A DNA stretch of 63,514 bases, counting the filler, from Octopus bimaculoides (Eukaryota), in the NCBI RefSeq assembly GCF_001194135.2. It is 6 parts of 6 records of this genome, joined end to end, with 100 filler letters (N's around TTAATTAATTAA, not from the genome) between each part and the next. Parts side by side here need not be neighbours in the genome. Positions count along the whole stretch, not along the records: positions 11,061 to 26,721 come from NC_068990.1; positions 26,822 to 51,174 come from NC_068998.1; 4 more parts are not named here. One strand, given 5' to 3'. The position numbers were made by a program, and so were the translations under genes. Shown here one piece after another: positions 12,141-26,854 of the stretch (positions are counted from its first letter, which is position 1; every line of letters starts with the position of its first letter). The notes under the pieces were generated by a model. That model saw only the letters and a program-made list of their open reading frames with translations. It had not been told where the DNA came from and did no database searches.

Positions 12141-14084
12141 CTTATAAATGTAAGTGATAATAACAAATGAATATGAGCCTCGTGTGCAGTGCTGGAGAAT
12201 CTATGTCACTCCAAGGTTTTTAGGGAACACTCGATAGACTTAGGGAGAACAATATCTTGCAATGTCATCCTATAAGAGGCCTCTCACGACGATTTCGATG
12301 TATTAACGTACAGAGAAAGTAGAAACGTATAAGGGTGGCTGGATACTGCGTCGGTCACGACGACAACGAGAGCTCCATCCGATCGAATCAACGAAACACA
12401 CCGCTCGTGAATTTAACGTGTAAGTGACTGAGCATTCCACAGACGTGCGTACCCTTAATGTACAGGCAGATTCAGCGTGACACAGAATGTGACAAGGCTG
12501 ACCCTTTGAATTACAGGTACAACTCACATTTTCCTGCTGTGTGGAGCGGAGCAACGTGAAAGAAAGTGTCTAGCTAAAGAACACAACATACTGCTAGTAA
12601 TCGAACATACGACCATACAATCGTGACTGGATTACCCCTAACCACTAAGCCACGCCCCTTCACATAAACGTACGAGATGGCTGAATATTTTACAGACACC
12701 TGTACCCTTAAATGTAATTCTGAAACATAAATAAATGTGACACGATGTGACCTGGCAGAATCTTTGAATCATAGGTACAGTCCATCCGACGGGCTTCTAT
12801 AGTGTTACCGTCTACTCAATTCTCGCAGAAGGACTGTGTCGATCGGAGACAATGATAAGTGCACTTGCGTAACGTGAATTTTTGAAACCGGTATCTCATC
12901 GCTACGAAGTGAATTTCGAAACCATTCAGTTATACCTGCATCCACCATAGTATCTATATAAAGTTTATCTATAATCAGTCGTTTAAATTTAAAATACATG
13001 TGATTCTTTAAACAATTAAAATTTCGAAACGTCGAGCACAAAGTTTTCACCATCGCTGTTTTACAGAATCTCCCTCGCATTGTACCATTACCGTGTAAAA
13101 GAAAGAAAAAAAAAGAAAACAGAACAATAAACGTTGCATTAAGTTATGAGTGAAACAAAAAAGAGAAAAACCGATAAAAAACGATAAAAGGAAAAGGAAA
13201 TAGATAGTCACAGTTGGAAAACCTTTGATTGCAACGCTGCTCGATCAGGGTTACTTGAGGTTAAACCACAACAAAAACAGCTGATTTGTCTTTGTCATTA
13301 TAGTTCTGCACATCTATATGTCCACAGGCAGCCATTTTGTCTTTGTCTCTCAATATTTTCAGGCTTTGTTTCAGTTAAGCCTATCAACTAATCTCTCTCT
13401 CTCTCTTGTTCTCTCACTATCTAACTGTCTATCTATCCCCATCTCTGCCCTACTTTGCCCTCTCTCTTTTTTTCACTCACTCACTCATTCGCTCACTTAC
13501 TTTGTCTCTCTCTCTCTACACTTCACTTTCCAGATCTCTATTTTAAGCATCTGCGTTCTCTTGCTGACACACTCTCGTATGGCTGTCTTTATATTTAAAC
13601 GTTCTTCTTACATTCTAAAATTAGTCCAATGTTTCTTAGCTAGTTTAAAAATTACAATGGGGGCATTTACTTGTGGAGCAAACTAAATACTGAGAGCAGA
13701 CCGAAATTTAAGTTCCATTTCACTGGAACTTCAGGCTCTTCAAACTCTCTCCTCCGTTTCTCTGTCTTTATGTGTATGAGATAATGTGTGTGCATCTGTG
13801 TATATGTGTATATACGCAGGCATTAGATTGCGGTCATGCTGGGGCAACGCATTGAAAAACGTTTTGGTCGAATAAATCGACCCCAGTACTTAATTATGTT
13901 TTCAAAGCCCAGTATGTATTCTAGCTGAGTGCCTGATTAGCACTTCATCAGAGCCACAAATATGAAGTGCAATTTATTTGGAAAAGAATTGAGTCCACTG
14001 CATCTTATAGAAGAAACAACTGTGAGCTAATGAAATCCATACGTTAATCATTTATTCCTTTGTCATCTCTTTTTCTTGCGTGTA

Positions 14085-14340
14085 TATTTTATAACATTTA
14101 CTTGCTTCAGTCATTGGACAGTAGCCATGCTAGTACGGGTATCTCCTTCAAGGTTTTTAGTCGGACAAATTGACCTCAGTGAGTATTGTTTTAAAGCGTG
14201 GTACTTACTCTGTGGACTTTTATGCCCAGCCGAAAGTTACAGGGACGCAGATATATGTGCATGTGTACGTGTGTGTGTGTGTTCGATTATATGTTTGTAT
14301 TTATATGTATATGTGTATATGTACGTGTATGTATATTTGC
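14085..14340 (-). mobile_element. SINE family A, partial and decayed (another partial copy at 13810-13930)
   Basis: ttttacttgcttcagtcattggac..gccatgc...gtcggacaaattgacc matches the family A 3' end. Confidence 0.65.
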
Positions 14341-14820
14341 TTTCGCCCTAACTCTGCGATTTTATCGCCCCATCTCTTGTTACTCTCCCCCATCCCTTTG
14401 TCTGGGGTCCTACAATAGAATAGTTCATAATATTCCCCCACCTCTAATGGCTAATAAAGACATATGTCGGATATTGTATGTCGTAAGAAAGTGTGTAACA
14501 TCGAGCGGATGGATAAGGGTAGGGTTATTGACAGAACGTGAGGAAAAGGATTAAAATGAACAAAAAGGGAAGGGTATTTGATTAAATGCTTAGATGCATA
14601 CATATTATGTATGTACGTATTTGTAGACACACACACACGTGTGTAGTCCGAAGGAGAGCAAGGGTGGAAGAGAGTAGAGAGGCAAAAAGGAAAAGAAAGA
14701 CGATATTGATGATGGTGATCATCATCATCATCATAATCCTCATCATCATCATCACCACCACGGCCACGAATACATCGATGATAAGAAAATGATCTTATTT
14801 CAGGACATTTATAAAAAATG

Positions 14821-14871
<51 letters not shown>

Positions 14872-14881
14872 NNNNNNNNNN

Positions 14882-14941
<60 letters not shown>

Positions 14942-15162
14942 CGAATATGTAGTGTAAACAAAAAAAAATGTTTCAGTGACCGACATTTGCGTTTCCCAGA
15001 CCTCATTCCCCAGTAAAATAGATCAAAATTGTATGAAATAATAATGAATGTTGATGCCAGTAGCGTGTTTCTGAAGTGTTGATGATTGTCATCACTTTCT
15101 TACCCTCTTTCTGCTTTGGCATATATGTATATATACCGTAGATATGTGTGTGTGTGTGTGTG

Positions 15163-15194
<32 letters not shown>

Positions 15195-17667
15195 ATACAA
15201 AGAATATATATACATGTATACACACATATATGTACATACTTACATCTACATGTGTATATATATGCATATCAGGGTACAGGACGTTAGAACAATGAACTAC
15301 AGACAACGGAACNNNNNNNNNNNNNNNNNNNNNNNNNNNNNNNNNNNNNNNNNNNNNNNNNNNNNNNNNNNNNNNNNNNNNNNNNNNNNNNNNNNNNNNN
15401 NNNNNNNNNNNNNNNNNNNNNNNNNNNNNNNNNNNNNNNNNNNNNNNNNNNNNNNNNNNNNNNNNNNNNNNNNNNNNNNNNNNNNNNNNNNNNNNNNNNN
15501 NNNNNNNNNNNNNNNNNNNNNNNNNNNNNNNNNNNNNNNNNNNNNNNNNNNNNNNNNNNNNNNNNNNNNNNNNNNNNNNNNNNNNNNNNNNNNNNNNNNN
15601 NNNNNNNNNNNNNNNNNNNNNNNNNNNNNNNNNNNNNNNNNNNNNNNNNNNNNNNNNNNNNNNNNNNNNNNNNNNNNNNNNNNNNNNNNNNNNNNNNNNN
15701 NNNNNNNNNNNNNNNNNNNNNNNNNNNNNNNNNNNNNNNNNNNNNNNNNNNNNNNNNNNNNNNNNNNNNNNNNNNNNNNNNNNNNNNNNNNNNNNNNNNN
15801 NNNNNNNNNNNNNNNNNNNNNNNNNNNNNNNNNNNNNNNNNNNNNNNNNNNNNNNNNNNNNNNNNNNNNNNNNNNNNNNNNNNNNNNNNNNNNNNNNNNN
15901 NNNNNNNNNNNNNNNNNNNNNNNNNNNNNNNNNNNNNNNNNNNNNNNNNNNNNNNNNNNNNNNNNNNNNNNNNNNNNNNNNNNNNNNNNNNNNNNNNNNN
16001 NNNNNNNNNNGGGGGAATGAAATAAAATTAGGAAGAAATGTTTTAAGATTTAACCGATAGACTGAATCGATTATTTATTTGTGTTTTCGTTTTTAAACAA
16101 GTAGATTGTGTGTTCAACAGGTGTTAAATCGTGTTGAAGCATTTCATAAATGACGTCAAAAGGATGTCAAACAAAAAATAATGTGGTACACATACGCACA
16201 CACACACACACACACACTAATACATATATGTCCATAATGGATCGATTTCTTCGACTAAAGGTGGTGCTCCAGTATGGCCGCAGTCAAATGACTGAAACAA
16301 ATAAAAGAGTAAAAGAGTAAAGATATACAACTTTATGCATGCATGAATACCCACACAGACATATAGGGAAGCATATGTAAATGTATATACATGTGCTTCC
16401 CTGTGAAATGTGTATAGTATTGAAGTATGTATAATAGTGACTAATGTATAATACTGAAGTTTGCATACTATTGAAGTATTGTGATTAAGTTAAATCCCTG
16501 GTACACTAAATGTTATATATAGATATGTATCTGTATATGTATGTATATACGTATGTGCGTTTATGTATGTCTATATGTATATATGTTTGTATGTTTGTAT
16601 GTAATTTTATTATATATGTGTGTATGTGTTTGTGCATGTATGCAAGTTTCATTAAACACACAACTACGTTCAAGTTTTCTGTGTTATATTGTAGATCTTT
16701 CAAATAGTAGACGTTCTAAGTCTGTGTCCGACGTTTCTAGGCCTTCATATTTTGTATTTGTGTTGTTTCTTACGTACAGATCAAATGCCTGTAGACTTCT
16801 CTGCAAAAGGTATTATGCAATAGCAGTCACATGTTGATATGTTTGTCGTGACCAAAGTTTTTTTAATTTTATTTTATATTGTCACTAGTCACGAGCTAAT
16901 TTGTAAATGTGTGCATTCGCGTGTAAATGTTGGTACTGTATTGTAATAGAAATTTAAAATTTGTATAAGAAGCAATACAAACGCCAAAATAGTCTGTTTA
17001 CTTCTTGAAAATGGCATTGTGAATGTCAAGAAAGGTCGAATATGGATTTAAAAAAGCAAGTAAGACATTATTGAAAATCGAAAATTAAGAAAAAGAAAGA
17101 TAAAATTTCAACATAGTCTTGTTTTTAATAAAATGTACATAAAAGATATCTTGTGCCACAAGACATCTTTTATGTAAAGATAAGTTCTCTGTAACTTAAT
17201 ACAACAAAGCGTTCGCTGGTGATCCGTTCTGGTTAAACATTTAAATGAACTGGGTACACTTAACGAATGGCTCCAAACGACCATAATTGGGAAACGTACG
17301 TAGGTACTGATAATATAACTTGTAATTATCTGAATTTCTGATATATATTTATATTTGGCTGGGTGTAGAGTGTCAAAGGTAAGCAACACAGGAGCGACAG
17401 GCTGTAAGAAATCAGTGTTAGCCTAAGCTTTCATGGAGTAAATATTGACCTAATACTTTGAACATTAGTCCTTCATGAAAATTCATGAACATTAGTCCTT
17501 CATGAAAATTCAAAGGACAGAGAAAATGAGTCAGAAACTAACAGATGTGTGTGTGTGCGCGCGCATGTGTGTGTGCATGCGTGCGTATGTGTGTGTGTGT
17601 GTGTGTGTGTGTATGCACGGATACTTACATACACACACATATATGTTTGCATATATACATATTAAAC

Positions 17668-17708
17668 CCGACGATGACTCTGCTGGTCGAAACTTCGAAG
17701 TCACTGTT
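17668..17708 (+). ncRNA. Minimal type-I hammerhead-ribozyme-like motif (PLE-type)
   Basis: CCGACGA (CUGANGA with U4>C) - T - GAC[tctgctg]GTC - GAAAC - TTCGAA - GTC - ACTGTT. Stem III is the 10-nt palindrome ACTTCGAAGT. Stem I pairing is poor. Confidence 0.5.
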
Positions 17709-17799
17709 GATGAATAACAAATATGTACTCTACAAAATTATAGAGTGACCCATCATATTAATGTAAAATTGTTTTGTTTTATAACACAACATAAAACAA

Positions 17800-17844
<45 letters not shown>

Positions 17845-18784
17845 NNNNNNNNNNNNNNNNNNNNNNNNNNNNNNNNNNNNNNNNNNNNNNNNNNNNNNNN
17901 NNNNNNNNNNNNNNNNNNNNNNNNNNNNNNNNNNNNNNNNNNNNNNNNNNNNNNNNNNNNNNNNNNNNNNNNNNNNNNNNNNNNNNNNNNNNNNNNNNNN
18001 NNNNNNNNNNNNNNNNNNNNNNNNNNNNNNNNNNNNNNNNNNNNNNNNNNNNNNNNNNNNNNNNNNNNNNNNNNNNNNNNNNNNNNNNNNNNNNNNNNNN
18101 NNNNNNNNNNNNNNNNNNNNNNNNNNNNNNNNNNNNNNNNNNNNNNNNNNNNNNNNNNNNNNNNNNNNNNNNNNNNNNNNNNNNNNNNNNNNNNNNNNNN
18201 NNNNNNNNNNNNNNNNNNNNNNNNNNNNNNNNNNNNNNNNNNNNNNNNNNNNNNNNNNNNNNNNNNNNNNNNNNNNNNNNNNNNNNNNNNNNNNNNNNNN
18301 NNNNNNNNNNNNNNNNNNNNNNNNNNNNNNNNNNNNNNNNNNNNNNNNNNNNNNNNNNNNNNNNNNNNNNNNNNNNNNNNNNNNNNNNNNNNNNNNNNNN
18401 NNNNNNNNNNNNNNNNNNNNNNNNNNNNNNNNNNNNNNNNNNNNNNNNNNNNNNNNNNNNNNNNNNNNNNNNNNNNNNNNNNNNNNNNNNNNNNNNNNNN
18501 NNNNNNNNNNNNNNNNNNNNNNNNNNNNNNNNNNNNNNNNNNNNNNNNNNNNNNNNNNNNNNNNNNNNNNNNNNNNNNNNNNNNNNNNNNNNNNNNNNNN
18601 NNNNNNNNNNNNNNNNNNNNNNNNNNNNNNNNNNNNNNNNNNNNNNNNNNNNNNNNNNNNNNNNNNNNNNNNNNNNNNNNNNNNNNNNNNNNNNNNNNNN
18701 NNNNNNNNNNNNNNNNNNNNNNNNNNNNNNNNNNNNNNNNNNNNNNNNNNNNNNNNNNNNNNNNNNNNNNNNNNNNNNNNNNNN

Positions 18785-18838
<54 letters not shown>

Positions 18839-20109
18839 TGCGTACATACATACGTACATACATACTCGCATACATATTTGTATATTTACATGTATCAACA
18901 CATACTGACATATGTATTGCACAATATAAACAAAACTTATAAATGGTAATAGTACATTGATAATATTCCATACATAGGATTGTTGAGTAAGTAATAGAGT
19001 TTGCTACGAACAATTGTTAGCGTAGTGTATCTTATCAGACCTTCTTGGATTGTGTCCATCATATTTATAGGGAAAGTTAAATAATAAAAAGAAAAACGCC
19101 GTTATGTATTTTACATAGAACTCTCTGCTAATTAAAGACTTTTTCTAGAGCCAAGACCATTGAGCTGGTTTCCGTGGAAACACGTTTCCTTAGATTCTGC
19201 TTCGTAATCTTAATGTTGCTGGAAGTACTCAATGAGCTGGTTCAATTCAAATATGACGTAACAAGGGATTTACAGAGTGTGGCCATTAGCTAAATTCTTT
19301 TCCTTAATGTTCGAGAAAATTCAGACAACAGTTTGGCGAAATACCTATGGGTATTATCTTGCTTCAAATGAGTTAATTCCTTCAGTCAAAAAGCGTTGTT
19401 TTTGAAGAATCCTATCAGAAGCGAGTGCCATATTACGACCACGTAAGCAGTCTCCTGTGTAAACCGTTGACCGGATTTCATAGAAATATATCATTGACTC
19501 CTCGGTTATTTCTTTCCCACTCCCCAACTTCTTTCTAGTTGTATTCGTTGAAAGAATACATATAAATAAGATGCCAGTTTCCCTAATGAATGCTTATAAT
19601 TCGAAACAGGAAAAAGAAAACACTATAGTATTTTGTAATGTGCGTTATATTTCAACAGTCAACTAGTTCCCCAACTTTTCATTCATCTAACTATTTACAT
19701 ATTACTTTTGACATTTTCATTGAAATTAATTCCTATATGCTTATGTAGACATATAATGTGGAGAATAAACAAATCTCAAACCGTTACTTTTCTTCGTTTG
19801 TGTCAGTTGAAATCTCACACATCAACAAATACCTACCTGTTTGATCAATGTTCACAACAAAAGAGACCTCTATACGCATCGTCATTCAACTTACTTATAA
19901 ATACCAACCAAATCTGCGCGAAATACCAATACTGGCTTTAAAATGGTAAGGACAGATTGCGTAACATATGAAAAGTAACAGTATTGAGATGAATGAATTG
20001 CGTAGTATATGAAAAGTAACAGTATGAAATGTAAATAATTGGTCTGCTCGAACAGGGCCAATTGAGGACGGAAAAAGAATGATAAACATTACAAATATAA
20101 AACAATTAG

Positions 20110-21775
20110 TTTCAAATATTTGAACAAAGCCAGCAATTTCGAGGGTGAAGGTAAGTTGATGACATCAAACCTAGAACGCAACTGGTACTTACTTTATCGA
20201 TACCGAAAGGATGAAGGGCAAAGTCGACATCGGCGAAATTTGAACTCAGAACGTAGAGACGGACGAAATTCTGCTAGGCATTTTGCCTGGAGTGCTAATG
20301 ATTTTGCCAGCTCACTGCCAAATAAGACAACAAAGATATTGGCTTCAAATTTTGGTACTAGGCTAGTTATTTCGGGGGAGAGAGGGTAAGTTGATTACAT
20401 CAACCCCAGGACTCAGCTGGTATTTATTTTATCGACTCCGAAAGGACGAAAAGCAAGGTCGGCAGCGGCCGAATTTGAACTCAAAAAGTGGAGACGGTCG
20501 AAATGCCGCTAAGACCTTTTCCCAGCGTGCTAACGATTCTGCCAGCACATCACCCTATGGGTCTATTAAAATATTACATGCAAATTTAATGCTATGGCGG
20601 TGGTGGGCTGGATCCCCGTCATTCAACGATGTAAACTTAGTGTTTCGACCAAATGTATTACCTACTCCTGAATTAACGTGTAAGTGGCCTCACATTCGCA
20701 GACACGAAGACACTTCCCAGGTAGAATCAGCATGATACAGTGTATGACATGACTATACTTTTTTATAGTTATAGGCTTCTATGCAGTTTCCATCTATCAA
20801 TTTTTCACTCACAATGTATAAATCAACCGGAAGTTATAAGAAATGGCATTTGCCCGAGACGCTACGTAGGGTGTAATCAAACATCGGACCTCGGAGTTGC
20901 GGAGCGAATTTCTTAGGATTCCACCAAGCTTTGCCCACTGGTTTCTTAGCCGTATGATTAAGAAACTGTTGGGCACTATATGGCCGAATCATGAAGAGGT
21001 TTCGTCATCAATGTCACATAGTCTGACCTTGAACATGTGTCATTTTCTATAGACCGGGGTCGACTTAAACCTTGTACTTGAAACTGAGTAGATGGAATGT
21101 GTATAGATACTCGTCGGATGGATTTCGCCCATAATTCAAAGTTCAAACCTTGTCAGATTGTTACGCTGATTTCCAGCAAAGAATTATATTAAGCGTACGC
21201 AGGTCTGTCTTACACTAGGCAGCTTACACGCTAAATTAATTAGCCTGGTTATTTAGTTGTTGGAACAGCTAAACACTTATGATTGTAAATCCTGACAAAA
21301 CTCGTTTAATATTATAATCTGAATTTCAGGCGGCGAGCTGACTGAATCGTTAACATGCCAACCATAATGCTTGACTGCATTTCGTCCGTCTTTACGTTCT
21401 GAGCTCAAATTCTGCCGTGATTGACCTTGCCTTTCACCATTGAGGGTGAGGTATCGATGAAATAAGTACCAGTTCAGCACTGGAGTCGATCTAATCAACT
21501 TAACCCCTCCTCCGAAACTGCTGCACTTGTGGTATAATTTAAAACCTATATTAAAATCCTTTCTATTATAGGCACAAGACCTGAAATTTTTGGGGAGGTG
21601 TATAGTCGATTACATCGAGCCCCAATGCTCTACTGGCACTTGCTTTATCGATCTCGAAAGGGATGGACGGCAAAGTCGACCTCGGCAGCATTTGAATTCA
21701 GAAAGTAAAGACGTACGAAATACTGCTGAGCATTTCGTCTTGCGTGCATACGATTCTGCCAGCTCTCCTAATGCT
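20110..21775. mobile_element. Cluster of at least four SINE family B copies plus other decayed SINE pieces
   Basis: Copies at ~20110-20310 (-), ~20350-20550 (-), ~21310-21545 (+) and ~21570-21775 (-). Confidence 0.8.
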
Positions 21776-22682
21776 GATCGAATCATAAAGCAATAACTAT
21801 TGTTTCTGATTTAGGCAAAGGGACTGGAATCTAGAAGAATTCGGTTAGTCGATACCATTGGCCGCTATATATGAAGCAAATTAATGGAGTCGTAAGAGTG
21901 ACGGTTAATAAGCCTGACCGCATTTCTCCCTGCTCTCTGGAGTTCAAATCCCACAGAAGCCTGTCTTTCTGACCCTACAATGTACCGTCCAATACAGAAG
22001 GCCGGTTCCCCATCATCTGTTGTTTCTCCTTCTTCACTCCTCTCTCTCTTTCTCTCTCCCTCCCTCCCTTCACTGCATAGAAAACCCACGAATGAAATAT
22101 TAAGTTGAGGCCCCACCAAACATCAATATGTGGCCGCGCTAAGAAATAAAGATTCTTTATTGTACATATATAAAAATATATTGGAATCTAATGTAGATGG
22201 AAGTTAAACTGCTATTTTGTTGTTAATCTGATACTATTATTTTCAATTACCAACGAAAATATTCAGTCAAATTAAATTAGATATTTGTAGTGCAAAACTT
22301 ATTGCCTTCAATTACGAAATCCCCAGTGAGAAACTGGCTGATCACGAAAGCTGAAAATAGCTTTCAAAACAAAAACTAACTCCTCTCTTTTCTCTTTCTC
22401 CTTCTTCCTCACTTACACTTTGTCCACATATATTTATCAGTTTCTCTCTTTCTCTCTCTCTCTCTCCTCACACACATAAATACATGTATATNNNNNNNNN
22501 NNNNNNNNNNNNNNNNNNNNNNNNNNNNNNNNNNNNNNNNNNNNNNNNNNNNNNNNNNNNNNNNNNNNNNNNNNNNNNNNNNNNNNNNNNNNNNNNNNNN
22601 NNNNNNNNNNNNNNNNNNNNNNNNNNNNNNNNNNNNNNNNNNNNNNNNNNNNNNNNNNNNNNNNNNNNNNNNNNNNNNNNNN

Positions 22683-22755
<73 letters not shown>

Positions 22756-23094
22756 AAGGGAGAGAGAGAGGGTGCGAGAGAAAAGAAAGAAGAATGGATA
22801 GAAAGAAAAATAGGAATAAAATATACAGTATAACATTCTAAGTAGGTTGATAATCAAATTAACAGAGATTTTTAAAGCACTCTCTATAACAATTAATAAT
22901 GCAATATCTCGCGATATCTGCATAAAAATCAAATTGTTTGTCTTCTGGTGGCTCCAACGAAGACATGGTGGCTCACGTAAACACACATACGTATAAAGTC
23001 AAACACGTATCTGTATGCGTGTGTGTATATGTGTGTATATGTGTGTATTTGTGTGTGTGTGTCTGTGTGTGTGTGTGTGTGTGTGTGCGTCTTT

Positions 23095-23590
23095 TATTTT
23101 TTATCTTTTGCTTGTTTCAGTCATTAGACGGCAGCCATGCTGGAGTACCGCCTTGAAGAATATTTAATCCAATAAATCCAATAAACCGCTAGTTTATCAC
23201 GTTACGGAGACATAAGCACTCCAACACTGATTGTCAAGAGGCGGTGGGTAGCAAACACAAAAAGAACCACAGACACCCATATATACACACAAGCACACAC
23301 AGACACTCACATACACTCATACACACACTCACATCAAACATACACGCACACTCGCACACACTCACACACACAAACTCGCACGTACGCACACACAGACATA
23401 TTCATACATACATACATACACACATATATATATATATATACGACGGGCTTCTTTCAGTTCCCATCTACCAAATCCAATCACAAGGCGCTTCCAGCCTAAG
23501 GCTATAGTAGAAGACACTTTGCAAAGTGCTACTTGGTGGGACTGAACCCGGGACCATGTGGTTGGAAAGCAAGCTTCTTACCAAAGATCC
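23095..23590 (-). mobile_element. SINE family A with expanded CA-rich interior
   Basis: Family A 3' end, ~170-nt CA-rich insert, core and head (gggactgaacccgggaccatgtgg). Confidence 0.85.
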
Positions 23591-24303
23591 ACGTCGGCAT
23601 GCTAGTGCAAATGTTTATATATCACACACATTTCAGGGAGATAAGTTTTAAACTTACTGGTAGTAAACTTAGTGGTAGTAGTGTGCATGCTGCTTTACTT
23701 CAGCGGAAAATAAAGCAAAGAAGACTATTTTCGTATGCTCCACAAACGGCATTTGCGATTTAAAAGAAGTAACACTATCAAAAAGTTGAAACCGGTATTT
23801 CGTTTATTTAACTAGACGTCCATCCCTACTACGCTACTGCTCTTAACATTTATAAACAACATACCGACAAACATATTCTGTTAATTGTTTTAGTCATTTC
23901 ACTGCGGCCGTGCTGGAGCACCGGTTTGAAGTGTTTTAATCGGACAAGTCGACCGCAGGACTTTTTTAAAGCCTAATACTTATTCCATTTAACAAACATC
24001 GTCAGAATGACTTGAGAAATATAAATAGAAGAAAAATGGGAATGAAAGGAAAAGGAAAAGGCAAAAGAAACAGGAAAACGTTCGTTAGGCTTTTAGGCTC
24101 GAATACAAAGGGTAGAGTAATGTGTTTTATACACGGAATTGTTACTGTTACTCAGAGTTTCATGTTCCTAGAATACTTAATTTTAGCTTATATTTCTGCA
24201 AGTAATGTAATTTTGGTTGTTGTAACATCTATACATATATATANNNNNNNNNNNNNNNNNNNNNNNNNNNNNNNNNNNNNNNNNNNNNNNNNNNNNNNNN
24301 NNN

Positions 24304-24590
24304 TTATTCTTTTACTTCTTTCAGTCATTTGACTGTGGCCATACTGGAACACCAATTTTTAGTCGGAGAAATCGACCCCAAGACTGATACTCATTCTATC
24401 AATCACTTTTGCCGAACCGTTAAGTTACGGGGACGTAAACACACCAACATCAGTTGTCAAACGATGGAAAGGGGACAAACACAGACTCAAAGACAAACAC
24501 TCACATAAACACACACACACACACACATATAAATAGATAGTTAGATAGCCAGACAGAGAGTCAGACAGACAGACGGACAGATAGACAGAC

Positions 24591-24650
<60 letters not shown>

Positions 24651-24835
24651 CGATAGATAGATAGATAGATAGATAGATATACGACGGACTTCTTTCAGTT
24701 TTCATCTACCATATCCACTTAAAGGGCTTTGATCGGCCCGAGGCTATAACAGAAGACACTTACTCAAGGTGCCACGCAGTAGAACTGAACTTGAAACCCA
24801 GTGATTGGGAAGCAAGCATCTTACTCCACAGCCAT
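24304..24835 (-). mobile_element. SINE family A with internal (CA)n/(AGAT)n
   Basis: Full family A architecture with a long (AGAT)n at ~24590-24680. Confidence 0.85.
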
Positions 24836-25129
24836 ATATACGTTATGTATCGCACGATTCTTTACTTCCAGCGGCTAATCATTATGTCCCTATACTTCTC
24901 ACTGCATCCTACATTTTCTTAAAGCGTTCAACACACTGTTTTTGTTGTTGTTTTCTCTCTGTCTTGATGTTTTTTCTTTTATTTACTTCTCCTGCCTGCT
25001 ATATTCTCTGCTTCTATTCTTTTATTTTTTTTTGTTTTTGCTCTATTGACCAACCTCCCTAACTACTTTACTACGAGTCACTCGCCCCTTGTATTGCCTT
25101 TCTCTTTCTTTCTTTCTCTCTCTTTCTTT

Positions 25130-25624
25130 CTCTCCCTCACACACACATACACATATTTATACACACTTATACACACATGCATAGAGATGCATTTCCCTCT
25201 CGCTACCAAACACTCTTTTCTCATTTTCTTATTCTTACATCTTTCGTTGTGTTACTATTTAGCTCATAGACAGACATTCACAACCCCACACACATACACA
25301 CATACACCTAAACACATACATACACACACACGCATAAGAATTCATTAAAACATGGCAGACACATTACAAATGCACACGCTCACAGACACAAACTCACACA
25401 CACGCGTACGCACTCACACAAAAATAAATATATACACAAACACTAATGCACAGACTTACAAGTACACACACATATACACACACACAAACACACGCAAACA
25501 CACATATTCACACTCTCACTCAAAGATACATACAGAAACAACACAAACAAAAAAGAAATCAAGACTCACAAACACTACACAAACACAAACGCACCAACTT
25601 ACAACTAGACACACAGACACGTAT

Positions 25625-25677
<53 letters not shown>

Positions 25678-26587
25678 TACACACACAAATACACACATTG
25701 ATATACAAGCACACATACACATACACATACACAAATACACACATTCACAATAGCACACATATAAACTCACACAACTAACATATTGACACAGACACGTGCA
25801 CAATTATATACACACCTGCACGCACACACCTGCACACACACACCTGCACGCACACACCTGCACGCACACACCTGCACGCACACGTCTGCACGCACACACA
25901 CACACGCACATGGCACACAGGCCTATTCACACTTTCACGCATCTATATATATATATATATATATATATNNNNNNNNNNNNNNNNNNNNNNNNNNNNNNNN
26001 NNNNNNNNNNNNNNNNNNNNNNNNNNNNNNNNNNNNNNNNNNNNNNNNNNNNNNNNNNNNNNNNNNNNNNNNNNNNTATATATATACAGACTTAACACAT
26101 GCACCGATTTACACATTTACGCACGTGCGCACGCACACACACAAACTTACATATATTGGCACGCATGCAAATAGACGCTAGCAATTACACATTAATATTC
26201 AGTCATACGTACACACTTACATACGCCGACATTCACACACATACACAATCATATTCATATTGTAAGTGCTTACACGCCGATTCACTCCTGTATGCGTACG
26301 GACTCACGAACATACATATACACACACATCTACACATGCATTCACACAGATACACTCACACACACACGCACGTACACACACGCATATGCACACACACGCA
26401 CGCACACAAACACACATATGCACATAGTAATGCACACAAATACAGCTACACAGTCAATCATCACACACAGACACACGCACACATACTCACAGACACACGC
26501 ACACACACACATATATACACACACACGCATATACACACACGCTCATGCGCATAGTAATGCACACAAATACAGCTACGCAATCAGTCA

Positions 26588-26623
<36 letters not shown>

Positions 26624-26720
26624 GCATACGCATGCACACACACACACTCACACATACACACACACACACACGCAAGCACACACCACAATGTTTTTGCACT
26701 CCTACAAACCATGTATATTA
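25130..26720. repeat. CA-rich cryptic microsatellite field with a 12-mer minisatellite (cacacctgcacg, ~25810-25890) and a ~50-bp duplication (26420/26548)
   Basis: Seen directly; the source of the His/Thr-rich spurious ORFs. Confidence 0.9.
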
Positions 26721-26821
26721 CNNNNNNNNNNNNNNNNNNNNNNNNNNNNNNNNNNNNNNNNNNNNTTAATTAATTAANNNNNNNNNNNNNNNNNNNNNNN
26801 NNNNNNNNNNNNNNNNNNNNN

Positions 26822-26854
<33 letters not shown>

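Noticed and set aside
17370-17405. Minus-strand ttcttacag|cc TGT CGC TCC TGT GTT GCT TAC CTT TGA (ACRSCVAYL*) as a terminal LPMO exon
   Set aside because: Phase-1 compatible but too short and without AA15 motifs; no independent support.
22855-22965. Minus-strand MSSLEPPEDKQFDFYADIARYCIINCYRECFKNLC* as LPMO exon 3
   Set aside because: FYADIA is only a loose echo of CADI; it lacks NxWG, GCG and QE and has no good acceptor.
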